The notes beneath the pieces were generated by a model that had not been told where the DNA came from, searched no databases, and saw nothing but the letters and a program-made list of their open reading frames with translations. Position numbers and translations under genes: made by a program. DNA of 64,000 bases from Alphaproteobacteria bacterium (GTDB taxonomy: Bacteria; Pseudomonadota; Alphaproteobacteria; Bin95). The stretch spans positions 3,680,001-3,744,000 of the forward strand of contig CBDBGH010000003.1 of NCBI GenBank assembly GCA_965205265.1, read 5' to 3'. Of this stretch, positions 30,360-40,885 are shown in pieces (position 1 is the first letter of the stretch; every line of letters begins with the position of its first letter).

Positions 30360-31967
30360 CTACATCCGGAAGACGCCGAAGGCGCCGCGCTCCACGGGGG
30401 CGTTGAGGGCGGCGGAGAGGGCCAGCGCCAGCACGGTGCGGGTCTGGGCCGGGTCGATCACCCCGTCGTCCCAGAGTCGGGCCGAGCCGTAATAGGGGTG
30501 CCCCTGGGTCTCGTACTGGTCGAGGATCGGCTGGCGGAAGGCCTCCTCCTCCTCGTCCGGCCAGTCGCGCCCGTCGCGGGCGAGCGCGTCCCGGCGCACG
30601 GTCGCGAGCACCGTCGCCGCTTGCTCCGCGCCCATCACCGAGACGCGCGCATTCGGCCAGGTAAAGAGGAAGCGCGGCCCGTAGGCCCGCCCGCACATGG
30701 CGTAATTGCCCGCGCCGAAGCTGTTGCCGATGACGACGGTGAATTTCGGCACCCGCGCGCAGGCCACGGCATGGACCATCTTGGCGCCGTCGCGCGCTAT
30801 GCCGCCCGACTCGTATTTCCGCCCGACCATGAAGCCGGTGATGTTCTGCAGGAACACCAGCGGGATGCCGCGCTGGGCGCAGAGCTCGATGAAGTGGGCG
30901 CCCTTCTGCGAGGACTCCGAAAACAGGATGCCGTTATTGGCGACGATGCCGACCGGGTAGCCCTCGATATGCGCGAAGCCGGTGACGAGCGTCGTGCCGT
31001 AGAGCGCCTTGAACTCGTCGAGCCGGCTGCCGTCCACAAGCCGCGCGATGACCTCGCGCACATCGTAAGGCGTCTTCCAGTCCGGCGGCACGATGCCGTA
31101 GATCTCCTCGGGGTCGTATAGCGGCTCCTCCGGCTCGCGCAGGTCGAGCTCCGGGCGCTTCACGCTGTTCAGATAGCCGAGCGCGGTGCGCGCGAGCGCG
31201 AGCGCATGGCCGTCGTCCAGGGCGTAATGGTCGGTCACGCCCGAGATGCGGGAATGGACGTCCGCCCCGCCCAGCTCCTCCGCGCTCACGATCTCGCCGG
31301 TGGCGGCCTTCACCAGCGGCGGGCCGCCCAGGAAGATCGTGCCCTGGCCCTTCACGATCACCGCCTCGTCGGACATGGCCGGCACATAGGCCCCGCCCGC
31401 CGTGCAGGAGCCCATCACCACGGCGATCTGCGGGATGCCGTCGGCCGACATGGTCGCCTGGTTGTAGAAGATGCGCCCGAAATGGGTCGCGTCCGGGAAC
31501 ACCTCGTCCTGCTGGGGCAGGTTGGCGCCGCCGGAATCCACCAGATAGACGCAGGGCAGCCGGTTCTCGCGCGCGACCTGCTGGGCGCGGAGATGCTTCT
31601 TGACCGTCAGCGGGTAGTAGGTGCCGCCCTTGACGGTGGCGTCATTGGCGACGACGACGCATTCGCGCCCGTGCACGCGCCCGATGCCGGTGACGATGCC
31701 GGCCGAGGGGATGTCGTCCTCATAGACGCCCCAGGCGGCGAGCTGGGAGAGCTCCAAAAAGGGCGAGCCGGGGTCGAACAGGCCGCGCACCCGGTCGCGG
31801 GGCAAGAGCTTGCCGCGCGCCAGATGGCGCTGGCGGGCGCGTTCACCGCCGCCTTCCTGCACCCGGGCCACGGTCTCGCGCAGGTCGGCGGCGAGCGCCT
31901 GCATCGCGTCCGCATTGGCGCGGAATTCCCGCCCCCGCGTCCGGAGCCTGCTTTCGATAACGCCCAT
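30360..31967 (-). CDS. Methylcrotonoyl-CoA carboxylase carboxyltransferase (beta) subunit
   Basis: [32 protein letters not shown] and [11 protein letters not shown]. Confidence 0.95.
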   Translation of the reverse strand: MGVIESRLRTRGREFRANADAMQALAADLRETVARVQEGGGERARQRHLARGKLLPRDRVRGLFDPGSPFLELSQLAAWGVYEDDIPSAGIVTGIGRVHGRECVVVANDATVKGGTYYPLTVKKHLRAQQVARENRLPCVYLVDSGGANLPQQDEVFPDATHFGRIFYNQATMSADGIPQIAVVMGSCTAGGAYVPAMSDEAVIVKGQGTIFLGGPPLVKAATGEIVSAEELGGADVHSRISGVTDHYALDDGHALALARTALGYLNSVKRPELDLREPEEPLYDPEEIYGIVPPDWKTPYDVREVIARLVDGSRLDEFKALYGTTLVTGFAHIEGYPVGIVANNGILFSESSQKGAHFIELCAQRGIPLVFLQNITGFMVGRKYESGGIARDGAKMVHAVACARVPKFTVVIGNSFGAGNYAMCGRAYGPRFLFTWPNARVSVMGAEQAATVLATVRRDALARDGRDWPDEEEEAFRQPILDQYETQGHPYYGSARLWDDGVIDPAQTRTVLALALSAALNAPVERGAFGVFRM

Positions 31968-32001
31968 GGCGCCCGCCGTTCCCCCCGGGGCGCCCGGCCG
32001 G

Positions 32002-32373
32002 TCAGGCGGCCTCGTCGGCCTCGTCGCCGCGCGCGGGGCGGGTATAAGCCCTGTCGCAATGCTCGGCGCAATAGGGCTTGCCCGGTTCCGCTTCCGCGCC
32101 GCAGAAGCGGAAATCGTCCTCCTGCGGGTCCCCGAACGGCCAGTGGCAGACCGCCTTGCCGACCGCGGCCAGGCGCACGGGGCGCGGCGCCAGCGCCGGC
32201 GGCGAGGCCGGCAGGCGGCGGATCGGCGAGGGGCGGGGGGCCAGGCCCGAGCGGTGTGCCTTGCCAACCACCGCATTCTTCGAGACGCCGAGGCGGCGGC
32301 CGATCTCCGCCGTGCTGGCGCCCGTCGCCCAGAGTTTGCGCAACTCGGAAACCCGTTCCAACGTCCAGGTCAT
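32002..32373 (-). CDS. gcrA: GcrA-family cell-cycle regulator (short)
   Basis: [28 protein letters not shown] and CHWPFGDP...FCG...PYCAEHC. Confidence 0.88.
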   Translation of the reverse strand: MTWTLERVSELRKLWATGASTAEIGRRLGVSKNAVVGKAHRSGLAPRPSPIRRLPASPPALAPRPVRLAAVGKAVCHWPFGDPQEDDFRFCGAEAEPGKPYCAEHCDRAYTRPARGDEADEAA

Positions 32374-32602
32374 CTGTTCCGTCCCGACACTGCGATCGAT
32401 AGTGGTCATCATGCCGACACATACTATATCCTGTAATTCCGCGCAAGCCTTTCCGCGCTTGTAGTTGAGTGTCGGCAGGGGGTGCCGGCGGTTTCGGGCT
32501 GGCGTTTTCTCCCGGAAGCCGCTATATTGCGCAGACGGTTTCGACGGCGGGCTGCGAAGAGGACGCGGCTCGCTGTGGGGCGACGATGGAGCTTCGAGGG
32601 TC

Positions 32603-33418
32603 ATGTCGGGCCATTGGTCTCCGGAAGAGCTGCCGTGGGAGGCGTTCGATCCCGAGCGGGTCGATCCGGGCCTCGTCCCGCTCGTCAAGGCGGCCAGCAT
32701 GGTCGAGTCCAACGGACGCGACTATGCGGCCTATCTGAACCGCGTGTTCGCGGACGACGGGCAGGTCTGCGACATGATGAACGGCTGGGCGCATGAGGAA
32801 GTCCAGCACGGAGAGGTGCTGGGCCGCTGGGCGAAGCTGGCCGATCCCGGCTTCGACTACGAGGCCGCGCTGGCGCGGTTCCGGGCCGGCTATTCCATAC
32901 AGGTGGACGTCGATGCCTCGATCCGGGGTTCGCGGACGGGCGAGCTGATCGCGCGCTGCATGGTCGAGGTCGGCACCTCCTCCTTCTACTCGGCGCTCGC
33001 GGACCGGACGGACGAGCCGCTGCTCAAGGCGATCTGCAAGCGCATCGCGGCGGACGAGCTTCGCCACTACGCGCTCTTCTACCGGACGATGAAGCGCTAC
33101 CTGGATACCGAGCGCCTGAACAGGCTCGAACGCATCCGCATCGCCTTCCTGCGCGTCATGGAGACGGAGGACGACGAACTCGCCTATGCCTGGTTCGCCG
33201 CCAATGACGCGCGCGGGCGCAGTTACGACCGCAGGGAAGCCAACCGCGCCTATATGCGGGAGAGCTACGCCCTCTACCGGCCGCACCATGCCCGGCGGGG
33301 CATGACGATGATCTTCAAGGCGGTCGGGCTGAAGCCCACCGGCCGGCTCTCGCGGGCGATGAGCGCGCTTGCGATAACTCTGATAAGCTTCCGCGCCCGG
33401 TGGTTGGCCCTCGCCTGA
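32603..33418 (+). CDS. Ferritin-like di-iron protein (acyl-ACP desaturase-like)
   Basis: EEVQHG and DELRHY ExxH motifs. Confidence 0.85.
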   Translation: MSGHWSPEELPWEAFDPERVDPGLVPLVKAASMVESNGRDYAAYLNRVFADDGQVCDMMNGWAHEEVQHGEVLGRWAKLADPGFDYEAALARFRAGYSIQVDVDASIRGSRTGELIARCMVEVGTSSFYSALADRTDEPLLKAICKRIAADELRHYALFYRTMKRYLDTERLNRLERIRIAFLRVMETEDDELAYAWFAANDARGRSYDRREANRAYMRESYALYRPHHARRGMTMIFKAVGLKPTGRLSRAMSALAITLISFRARWLALA

Positions 33419-33456
33419 CCGCCTGCCCGTTTCCCTTGCCGGAAGGACCGCGCCCC

Positions 33457-34413
33457 ATGTCCGATCTGCCGAAGTCCGTGTCGATTTCCGAGGAAGGCCC
33501 GCGCGAGGGCTTCCAGATCGAGCCCGGCCCGATCCCCGCGGCCCGCAAGATCGAGCTGATCGACGCGCTCTCCGAAACCGGCCTGAAACGCATCCAGGTC
33601 GCCTCCTTCGTCAGCCCGAAGCGGGTGCCCGGCTGGGCGGATGCCGACGAGGTGGTGGAAGGCTTCCGGCGCGAGCCGGGCGTCGCCTATTCGGTGCTGT
33701 GGCTGAACGAGCAGGGCCTCGACCGGGCGCTCGGCAAGGAGGGCATCGAGATGCAGGGCTCGATCTCGACTTCCGCCTCCGAGACCTTCATGGGCAAGAA
33801 CACCAACCGCGGCTACGAGCGCAACCGCGAGGTGCAGAAGAACCAGATCGACACCTATCTCGCCCACGGCATGCCGGTCAGGAAGGCGTCTGTCATGGCC
33901 GCCTTCGGCTGCAATTTCGAGGGCGAGGTTCCGGTCTCGAAGGTGCTGGAGGCGGTCCGCGACCTGATGGAAATCGCGGCGGAGAAGGGCGTCGAGATCG
34001 GGACGCTCTCGCTCGCCGACACGATGGGCTGGGCGCAGCCGGCCTCGATCGGGGCGGTGGTGGGCGCGGTGCGCGAGGAATGGCCGGACCAGGAGATCGC
34101 GCTGCATCTCCACGACACGCGCGGCATGGGCATCGCCAACGCCTATGCCGGGCTGGAGATGGGGGTGACGAAGTTCGACAGCTCCGTCGCCGGCCTCGGC
34201 GGCTGCCCCTTCGCCGCGCACAAGGGGGCTGCCGGCAATGTCTGCACGGAGGACCTCGTCTTCCTCTGCGAGGAGATGGGCATCGACACGGGCGTGGACC
34301 TCGACGCGCTGATCGAATGCGCGCGGCTCGCCGAGGACATTGTCGGCCACCCGCTGCCCGGCTCCGTCATGCATGGCGGCTCGCTCTCCCGCTTCCGCGA
34401 GGCCCGCGGCTGA
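33457..34413 (+). CDS. Hydroxymethylglutaryl-CoA lyase family
   Basis: EEGPREGFQ, LADTMG, LHLHDTRG and GLGGCPFA. Confidence 0.93.
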   Translation: MSDLPKSVSISEEGPREGFQIEPGPIPAARKIELIDALSETGLKRIQVASFVSPKRVPGWADADEVVEGFRREPGVAYSVLWLNEQGLDRALGKEGIEMQGSISTSASETFMGKNTNRGYERNREVQKNQIDTYLAHGMPVRKASVMAAFGCNFEGEVPVSKVLEAVRDLMEIAAEKGVEIGTLSLADTMGWAQPASIGAVVGAVREEWPDQEIALHLHDTRGMGIANAYAGLEMGVTKFDSSVAGLGGCPFAAHKGAAGNVCTEDLVFLCEEMGIDTGVDLDALIECARLAEDIVGHPLPGSVMHGGSLSRFREARG

Positions 34414-34443
34414 CGGCGGGCCGCCGGACCGGAGGGCCCCGGA

Positions 34444-35226
34444 TTGGACCATATCGAGCGGGTCGAGGAGGCGTTCACCCGGCAGGCGGAGACCTTCGAC
34501 GCCTATGCCGCGAAGGCCGGCGGCGACACGGTCACGGCGATGATCTGCGAAGCGCTCGGCGCGGCCGGCGCAGGCCGGGTCCTCGATGTGGCCTGCGGGC
34601 CGGGCGCCGTGACCGCCGCACTCGCCGTCCGGGCGCGGGAGGCCGTCGGGCTCGACGCCGTGCCGGCGATGCTGGAACAGGCGCGCAGGCGCGCGGAGGA
34701 AGCAGGCCTTTCCAATCTGCGGTTCGAGCAGGGCAGGGCCGAGGCGCTGCCCTTCGATACGGCGTCCTTCGATGCGGTCGTGACCCGGATAGCCCTGCAT
34801 CACTGCGTGGACCCGGCCCTTGTGCTGGCCGAGATGTTCCGCGTGCTGCGGCCCGGCGGCAGGGCCGTGATCGTCGATGTTGTCGTGTCCGAGGATGCGG
34901 AGAAGGCCCGGCTGCAGAATGCGCTCGAGATCGTCCGCGACCCCTCGCATGTCCGCATGCTGCCGCTCAGCGAACTGAAGGCGTCCGTCGAAGGATGCGG
35001 CTTCCGGATCGACTCCGAAGCCGTCTGGGATGCGCCGCGGGAATTCGAGCAGTGGATGGGCATCGTCAACGACCCGCAGCGCGCGAGGCCGTTGCGCGTG
35101 ATTGCGCGCGCGCTCGCCGAGGAAGGCCGCGACGCCGGGATGGGGCTCGCGATCCGCGGCGGCGAAATCGTCTTCTTCCATCGCTGGGCCCTCATCGCGG
35201 CGGACAAGCCGGCGCCGCTCCGCTAA
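34444..35226 (+). CDS. Class I SAM-dependent methyltransferase
   Basis: VLDVACGPG, AEALPF and EMFRVLRPGG. Confidence 0.92.
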   Translation: MDHIERVEEAFTRQAETFDAYAAKAGGDTVTAMICEALGAAGAGRVLDVACGPGAVTAALAVRAREAVGLDAVPAMLEQARRRAEEAGLSNLRFEQGRAEALPFDTASFDAVVTRIALHHCVDPALVLAEMFRVLRPGGRAVIVDVVVSEDAEKARLQNALEIVRDPSHVRMLPLSELKASVEGCGFRIDSEAVWDAPREFEQWMGIVNDPQRARPLRVIARALAEEGRDAGMGLAIRGGEIVFFHRWALIAADKPAPLR

Positions 35227-35294
35227 ACCGCCCTCGGGCCTTATAGTCGAAGCCCGAACTCGCAAACGTCCCCGATCCGGGAGGAACCGACCCC

Positions 35295-35876
35295 ATGACC
35301 GCGCCCATCGACGCCCACAAGGTCCTGATGACCGGCGAGAACTCCTTCATCCGCATGAGCCATGACGGCGGCGGAACGATGTCCGACCGCACCAGCCACT
35401 GGCGCGTGCTCTGGTGCCCCGCCGGCGCCGGCCATGCGCTCTTCATGCAGGGGGAACTGACCGGCGGCGAGGTCCGCATCTACAGCGACGACATCGCCGT
35501 TGCCCGCTGGCTGCAGCGCACCATCGAGACCCTGCTGCATCCGCCCTTCGCCGACGAGTCGGTGCCGGTGCTGCCGGCGGTCTTCACCCGCGAGGGCGAC
35601 CCGCGCGCGGCCACGGTGGAGACGGTCGAGTCGGACGAGGACATCGTCCGCATGACCTGGTACGACGCGCTGGAGCCCTTCATCCTGAACGGGCCGCCCG
35701 GCACCGCCGGCCGGCCGCTCGGCGTGCTCTCGACCTTCATCCCCCACGCCTCGGCCCAGCTTTCGCTGAACGGCCGCATCGCGGCCGGCGCGCCCTGGCT
35801 CGAAAAGCGCGGCGAGCACCAGTCCTCGAGCGCCGTGCTCGCCTGGTCCGAGTCCTGGCTCCAGCCGCGGGAGTAA
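35295..35876 (+). CDS. Hypothetical protein
   Basis: GGAGG RBS; GC-typical codon usage; no family recognised. Confidence 0.75.
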   Translation: MTAPIDAHKVLMTGENSFIRMSHDGGGTMSDRTSHWRVLWCPAGAGHALFMQGELTGGEVRIYSDDIAVARWLQRTIETLLHPPFADESVPVLPAVFTREGDPRAATVETVESDEDIVRMTWYDALEPFILNGPPGTAGRPLGVLSTFIPHASAQLSLNGRIAAGAPWLEKRGEHQSSSAVLAWSESWLQPRE

Positions 35877-35916
35877 CGCGGCAGGGGCGAAACGGCCTGC
35901 GCCGGGGAGACAGGGA

Positions 35917-36321
35917 ATGCCGGCCTTTTCCTTCGCGCTGGAAGACACTGCGGAATTCGTCCGCAATAACCCGGACGACCTCGACGGCATCTACCGCAAG
36001 ATCGTCCATGAGGTCCCGAGGTTCCTCATGGCCGTCGAGCCGGCGCGGCGGGCGGCGGTGCTCGAAGCGGCGCCGTCGCTGACCGGGACGCGGTGGGATG
36101 CGCTGCTCGCCGGCCTCGCGGAGCATCTGGCGGGGCTGCACGGGCTGGAAGTGCCGGCCTGGTGCGACGAGCCGGAGCGGTTCGTCGATCCGCCCTGGGT
36201 CGCGGTTGCGGCCGTCGGCAGCCGCGCCGTGGTCCGGGCGCCGGCGGCCTTCCTGCGCCACGGCGCCCTGCCGGACCCCATGGATCTGGATGCGCGCGGC
36301 GGCGAGCCGGAGCCCTGGTAG
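35917..36321 (+). CDS. Putative antitoxin partner of a DUF6036 nucleotidyltransferase
   Basis: TGTRWDALLAGLAEHLA...PAW...PAAFLRHG pattern; directly upstream of the NTase. Confidence 0.65.
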   Translation: MPAFSFALEDTAEFVRNNPDDLDGIYRKIVHEVPRFLMAVEPARRAAVLEAAPSLTGTRWDALLAGLAEHLAGLHGLEVPAWCDEPERFVDPPWVAVAAVGSRAVVRAPAAFLRHGALPDPMDLDARGGEPEPW

Positions 36322-36329
36322 GCGCGTCC

Positions 36330-36896
36330 ATGCCGGAGTTCGGACGCGCGGAAATCCGGGACGCTCTCGACGAGTTGTCGGAGGCGCTCGCGCGGGACCG
36401 GCGGCGGGCCCATATCCACATGGTGGGCGGCGGCGCCATGATCATGCTCTACGGGCGGCGCACCCTCACCGGCGATATCGATGTTGCCATCGCCGAGGGG
36501 CACGGGCCGGTGCTCGACGCCGTCCGCAGGATCGCCGCGCGCCGCGGCTGGCCCACGACCTGGTTGAACGAACAGGCGGCGATGTACCGGCCGCAAGCCC
36601 CCGACCCTGCGCCTCGGCCGCTCTATTCATCGCCGTCCCTTGTCGTCATGGGGGCGTCGCCCGAATACATGCTTGCGATGAAGCTCCAGGCCGCCCGCGG
36701 CGCGGATGCCGGGGACTTGCGTCTGCTGCTGGACGAGTGCGGCGTCCCGGCCCCGGAGGACGCTTTGGCCATTCACGACAAGCTATTTCCCGACAGGCCG
36801 GCGGGCGACAGGCAGCGGCGTTTCCTCGCCATGGTCCTGGCGGCGGGCGAGGCGGACCCGAAGAAAGGCCCTGCCGATACGCCGCCGGACGGCTGA
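36330..36896 (+). CDS. DUF6036/AbiEii-like nucleotidyltransferase (putative toxin)
   Basis: VGGGAM, TGDID, WLNEQA and MKLQAARGADAGD. Confidence 0.8.
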   Translation: MPEFGRAEIRDALDELSEALARDRRRAHIHMVGGGAMIMLYGRRTLTGDIDVAIAEGHGPVLDAVRRIAARRGWPTTWLNEQAAMYRPQAPDPAPRPLYSSPSLVVMGASPEYMLAMKLQAARGADAGDLRLLLDECGVPAPEDALAIHDKLFPDRPAGDRQRRFLAMVLAAGEADPKKGPADTPPDG

Positions 36897-36917
36897 CCGC
36901 CGCCGCCCGCCGCCCCG

Positions 36918-38135
36918 CTATCCGAGCGCCGTCCGGGCGCCGGTCTCGAACTCGATCGCGGCCAGGTCGTCGCCGGCGATGGCGCGCTCGAAGGCGGCGA
37001 GGCGCTTGTAGATCGACATCAGCTCCACGATGGTCGTCCAGCTGTTGACCAGGAACTGGAACGAGTTCTCCACCCGGCCGAAGGCGCGGACGATCTGCTG
37101 CATCACGCCGAGCGTGAAGCCGGCCGAGACGATGGTCGGCCCGAGCGCGACATAGGGCAGCATCACGCCGGCCTGCAGATAGCCGTAGCGCACGATGTTG
37201 AAATAGAGGTAGTTGAGGTAGAGGCGGAAATAGTTGCGCCGGACATTGGCGAACAGCTCGCCCAGCGTCGGCGGTTCGGCCCGGTCCTCCCGGTCCTCGC
37301 CCATGACGAGCTCCTTGCGGAAGGCGGCCTCGACCCTCTGGTTGCGGAACTCGAGCCCCGGCAGCCGGTAGCCGGCGAGCGCCAGGATGCCGGTGCCGAA
37401 CACTGACCAGAACAGCGCCACCCAGACCAGCGCCTGGCCGATCTCGCCGAAGACGGGGATCTCCTTGATGTGGGTCGAAAGCGCCCAGAGGATCGGCAGG
37501 AAGGCGATCAGGGTCATCACCGCGTCGATGAAGCGCACGCCGAGCGACTCCATGATGCCGGCGAAGCGCATGGCGTCTTCCTGCACGCGCTGCGAGGCGC
37601 CCTCGATATGCCGCACCTGCCCCCAGAGCCGGACATAGCGGTCGTTCATCGCGGTGCGCCAGCGGAACACGAAATGGCTGGTGAAGAAGTGGTTGAGCAC
37701 GGCGGTGGTGATGAACACCATGGCGATGGCGAGGAAGGTGGCGAGCTGGCCGTAATAGTCCTCCGGCGTGACGGCGCCCGGCTCCGCCAGCGCCTTCTGG
37801 ATGATGTCGTAGAAGGTCCGGAACCATTCGTTGATCATCACGTCGAGCTGCACCTGGAACCAGGTGACGAAGACGATCAGCGCCGAGCCCGCCACCGACC
37901 AGCGCGACCAGGGGTGCGGGCGGAACCGCATCCAGAAGAGCGCGAAGGCGGCGTAGGCGAGGAAGGAGTAGAGATAGAGCCAGACGGTGCGCTCTGCGAT
38001 GCCGAACAGCCCCGAAAGCCCGCTCGGGTCGCCCCAGTCGGAGGCGGCGAAATACCAGAAGAGCAGCGCGGCGAACGCCCACGCCACCGCCGAGATGCCG
38101 AACGCGCGCGGGCTCGGGAAGAAACAGCCGAACAT
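36918..38135 (-). CDS. sbmA: SbmA/BacA peptide transporter
   Basis: FFPSPRAF, FVFRWRTAMN, HIEGASQRVQED and SWTTIVELMSIYKRL. Confidence 0.93.
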   Translation of the reverse strand: MFGCFFPSPRAFGISAVAWAFAALLFWYFAASDWGDPSGLSGLFGIAERTVWLYLYSFLAYAAFALFWMRFRPHPWSRWSVAGSALIVFVTWFQVQLDVMINEWFRTFYDIIQKALAEPGAVTPEDYYGQLATFLAIAMVFITTAVLNHFFTSHFVFRWRTAMNDRYVRLWGQVRHIEGASQRVQEDAMRFAGIMESLGVRFIDAVMTLIAFLPILWALSTHIKEIPVFGEIGQALVWVALFWSVFGTGILALAGYRLPGLEFRNQRVEAAFRKELVMGEDREDRAEPPTLGELFANVRRNYFRLYLNYLYFNIVRYGYLQAGVMLPYVALGPTIVSAGFTLGVMQQIVRAFGRVENSFQFLVNSWTTIVELMSIYKRLAAFERAIAGDDLAAIEFETGARTALG

Positions 38136-38277
38136 GGGAACTCCCTTGTTTCCGGGCAGCCGGCCCCGGCGGGCGCGGGAGCGCCCCGGTCCGGCGGCGG
38201 GAACGGACCCGGCGGCTATAGCAAATTCGGCGCGCGGGCGGACCCATGCGCAGCGATGGAATGGCGTAGAGCGGAAA

Positions 38278-38312
38278 GTGTAGCTTGACGCTATACACCC
38301 ACTATGGATACT
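38278..38312 (+). promoter_or_regulatory. higBA promoter/operator
   Basis: TTGACG -35 box flanked by the imperfect inverted repeat GTGTAGC/GCTATAC. Confidence 0.5.
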
Positions 38313-38319
38313 ACCGGGC

Positions 38320-38610
38320 ATGAAGATCGGGAATGTGGTCCACAGGGGGCTACGCCGGCTCATCCAGCACGACGACTCCGCCGGCGTGCAGCCTGCCGTC
38401 GCGCCGAAACTTCGGCGGATGGTATCCTTCCTCCAGGACATGGAACGGGAGGAAGAACTGCGGACGGTGCCGGGTTGGCGGGCGCACCGGTTGGCCGGCG
38501 ACCGCAAGGGGGTCTGGAGCCTGTCGGTCACCGGGAACTGGCGGCTTACATTCCGCATCGACCGGGAAACGGGCGAAATCGTCGATCTCGACTATGAGGA
38601 TTACCATTGA
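38320..38610 (+). CDS. higB: HigB (RelE/ParE-like) toxin
   Basis: HRGLRRL, HRLAGDRKGVWSLSVTGNWRLTF and DYEDYH. Confidence 0.93.
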   Translation: MKIGNVVHRGLRRLIQHDDSAGVQPAVAPKLRRMVSFLQDMEREEELRTVPGWRAHRLAGDRKGVWSLSVTGNWRLTFRIDRETGEIVDLDYEDYH

Positions 38611-38627
38611 GAGGCAGGGAGGCGGAT

Positions 38628-38930
38628 ATGGCTGAAGCTCAGGGCATCCGCATGAAGAATCCCGTCCACCCCGGCGGGTTCGTGAAGAGCGAGGTTATCG
38701 AGCCCCTGGAGCTCTCGGTGACGGGAGCGGCCAGGGCGCTCGGCGTGACGCGGGCCGCGCTGTCCGCCGTGCTGAATGAGCGCGCGCGCCTGTCGCCGGA
38801 AATGGCGCTGCGCATCGAAAAGGCGTTCGGCGTGTCGATGGACACGCTCATGCGGATGCAGAACAGCTACGATATCGCCCGGACCCGCATGAGGGCGGAA
38901 GAGATCGAGGTTGCGCTTTTCGAGGGTTAG
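38628..38930 (+). CDS. higA: HigA antitoxin
   Basis: MKNPVHPG, AARALGVTR and LSPEMALRIEKAFG. Confidence 0.93.
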   Translation: MAEAQGIRMKNPVHPGGFVKSEVIEPLELSVTGAARALGVTRAALSAVLNERARLSPEMALRIEKAFGVSMDTLMRMQNSYDIARTRMRAEEIEVALFEG

Positions 38931-39070
38931 CGCGCCGTCCCGTCCTGTTGCGGTCGGATACCGCGCCGGACAGACTGCCCCCCCGGCCGGCAGGGGCTGC
39001 GTGGAGTAGGCTGGAACTGCTGCCGAACCCCGTTGCCCCCGCAGCGGGGCGGCGGCAGGTGGAGTGCGCG

Positions 39071-39202
39071 ATGTCAGAGATCGCATTCGAGGTCAGCGGA
39101 GACGAACTGGACGGCGGCTGGTTGGCAAGCGCGCTGGATTTCGGCATCCACACCGAGGGCGAGACCCTGGTCGATCTTCACCGCATAGGTGAGGGCTGTT
39201 GA
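39071..39202 (+). pseudogene. HicB-like antitoxin fragment
   Basis: MSEIAFEV...DGGWLASALDFGIHTEGETL, truncated where the AT-rich cassette begins. Confidence 0.6.
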
Positions 39203-39277
39203 CAACAGGTCATTAAACGCTACCTTTCTCTGTAGAATTACTATACGTGGTATCCGACTTCGAAGGTGGGACCTATC

Positions 39278-39778
39278 ATGGCGTATCGAAATAAAGTGTT
39301 TGTCTCATTTGATGGAGACAATGATATACATTATTATCGCTTAATGACAGCGTGGAAGCAGAATGATAACACAAGATTCAATTTTCATGATGCTCACGAT
39401 TTAAATACAGCATTGGATTCGAGCAGAGAAGACACAATCAAAAGGAGGCTTTCAGAACGCCTCCAAAATACCAAAGTATTGGTATCTTTGATAGGATCCA
39501 GAACACGATACCTGTATAAATTTGTTAGATGGGAGCTTGAGCAAGCTATCATAAAAGACATTCCCATCATTGGAGTAAATTTAAATGGATTGAGACGTCA
39601 AGACTTAGATCGTTGCCCTCCAATTATTAGAAATAATCTAGTTGTTTATGTTAGTTTTAACAGTGCAATTCTTCAGTTTTCTTTAGAAAATTGGCCTAAG
39701 GAATATCATCGCATAAAGGCTAAGGAAATAGGAGCTCGTCATTATAGTGATAATATCTACCGATCTTTAGGCTTATAA
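39278..39778 (+). CDS. thsB: Thoeris ThsB-like TIR domain protein
   Basis: KVFVSFD, FNFHDAHD, LIGSRT and VRWELEQA (catalytic Glu present); AT-rich. Confidence 0.88.
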   Translation: MAYRNKVFVSFDGDNDIHYYRLMTAWKQNDNTRFNFHDAHDLNTALDSSREDTIKRRLSERLQNTKVLVSLIGSRTRYLYKFVRWELEQAIIKDIPIIGVNLNGLRRQDLDRCPPIIRNNLVVYVSFNSAILQFSLENWPKEYHRIKAKEIGARHYSDNIYRSLGL

Positions 39779-39780
39779 AG

Positions 39781-40752
39781 ATGATTTCACGTCTGAAGGC
39801 ACAATTGAAACTTATTCTCTACTCATGGAAAAAATTTCTATCTAGACTTTGGAAAGCAATTGTACTTTGTGTAGGACATTTATTTCTATTTTATAAAGTC
39901 GTCGAACTGTTAGACAAGGATGTCGCTGCCATAGTAAACCAATTTGTAAGCAACATTCTTGTGTTAACATTGTTCACTATTATCTTGATTATTTGGTCAC
40001 TTCCTCGCCTTTCTTTCAACTCAAGAATCGATGGGCAGGATACTAAAATTGAGATTCGGATTTGCGACATACTGGAGCAATCGGGGCCGATTGTGGTCAG
40101 CTATACTACAACATTCGATACCGATACGAATGAAAATGTTATCTCGCCCAAAAGCTTACAGGGGAAATTTCAGGAACACTTTTTTAATAGCAAAGAATGT
40201 TTAGATGAAGCGATAGAATCATCGCTTGCCGATGTTGATTATGAGCAGCTGAATTGTCAAGAAAAGCCATATGGAAAAGGAAAAAGATATCCCATAGGCA
40301 CTGTTGCATCAGTAAGAAAAAAAGATGGACAACAAGCCCATTTAGTTGCTATAGCTAATTTAAATAAGAACAAGATTGCTAAATCTGAAGACGATGATGT
40401 GTTGGACTGTTTGCCTAAACTATGGAATTCTATTCGTGAAGATCCAAGTTTATCAACTGAAAATCCACTTTATGTGCCATTGATTGGAACTGGATTAGCT
40501 CGCACAACGCTCAGGCGAGAGCAAATTGTTAGGGAAATAGCAAAATCTTTTGTTGTTGCAACATTCGAAGGGCGATTTTGTGAGCATTTAGTCATTGTGA
40601 TATTTCCCGATGATGCTATTAGAAATAATGTTGATTTTGCTAACCTGGAGAGATATCTGGAGCATTTGTGTGCTTATCCAAAGGACGTTCATCCAAAAAT
40701 GGACGATGGACGGCCGAATTTAAACAGTCGTCCTGCAGAGCCAATACTATAG
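39781..40752 (+). CDS. thsA: Thoeris ThsA-like TM plus macrodomain effector (DUF6430-type)
   Basis: Two N-terminal hydrophobic helices, then IEIRICDI...TTFDT...ISPKSLQGKF...RYPIGTVA...VPLIGTGL; starts 2 bp after the TIR gene. Confidence 0.82.
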   Translation: MISRLKAQLKLILYSWKKFLSRLWKAIVLCVGHLFLFYKVVELLDKDVAAIVNQFVSNILVLTLFTIILIIWSLPRLSFNSRIDGQDTKIEIRICDILEQSGPIVVSYTTTFDTDTNENVISPKSLQGKFQEHFFNSKECLDEAIESSLADVDYEQLNCQEKPYGKGKRYPIGTVASVRKKDGQQAHLVAIANLNKNKIAKSEDDDVLDCLPKLWNSIREDPSLSTENPLYVPLIGTGLARTTLRREQIVREIAKSFVVATFEGRFCEHLVIVIFPDDAIRNNVDFANLERYLEHLCAYPKDVHPKMDDGRPNLNSRPAEPIL

Positions 40753-40863
40753 ACTGTCCAGTTTAAAGATTTCTGCGGAGAGGCATATACAGAATGGCGT
40801 AGTGTCCTTATCGAAAATTTCATTAGCTGCCTAGGATGCATGTGCAGCGAGAGAAGCAGATGG

Positions 40864-40885
40864 CCGGAACAAGTCCGGTCATGGC
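40864..40885. repeat. Degenerate half-copy of the REP-like element at the edge of the Thoeris cassette
   Basis: CCGGAACAAGTCCGGTCATGGC. Confidence 0.6.
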
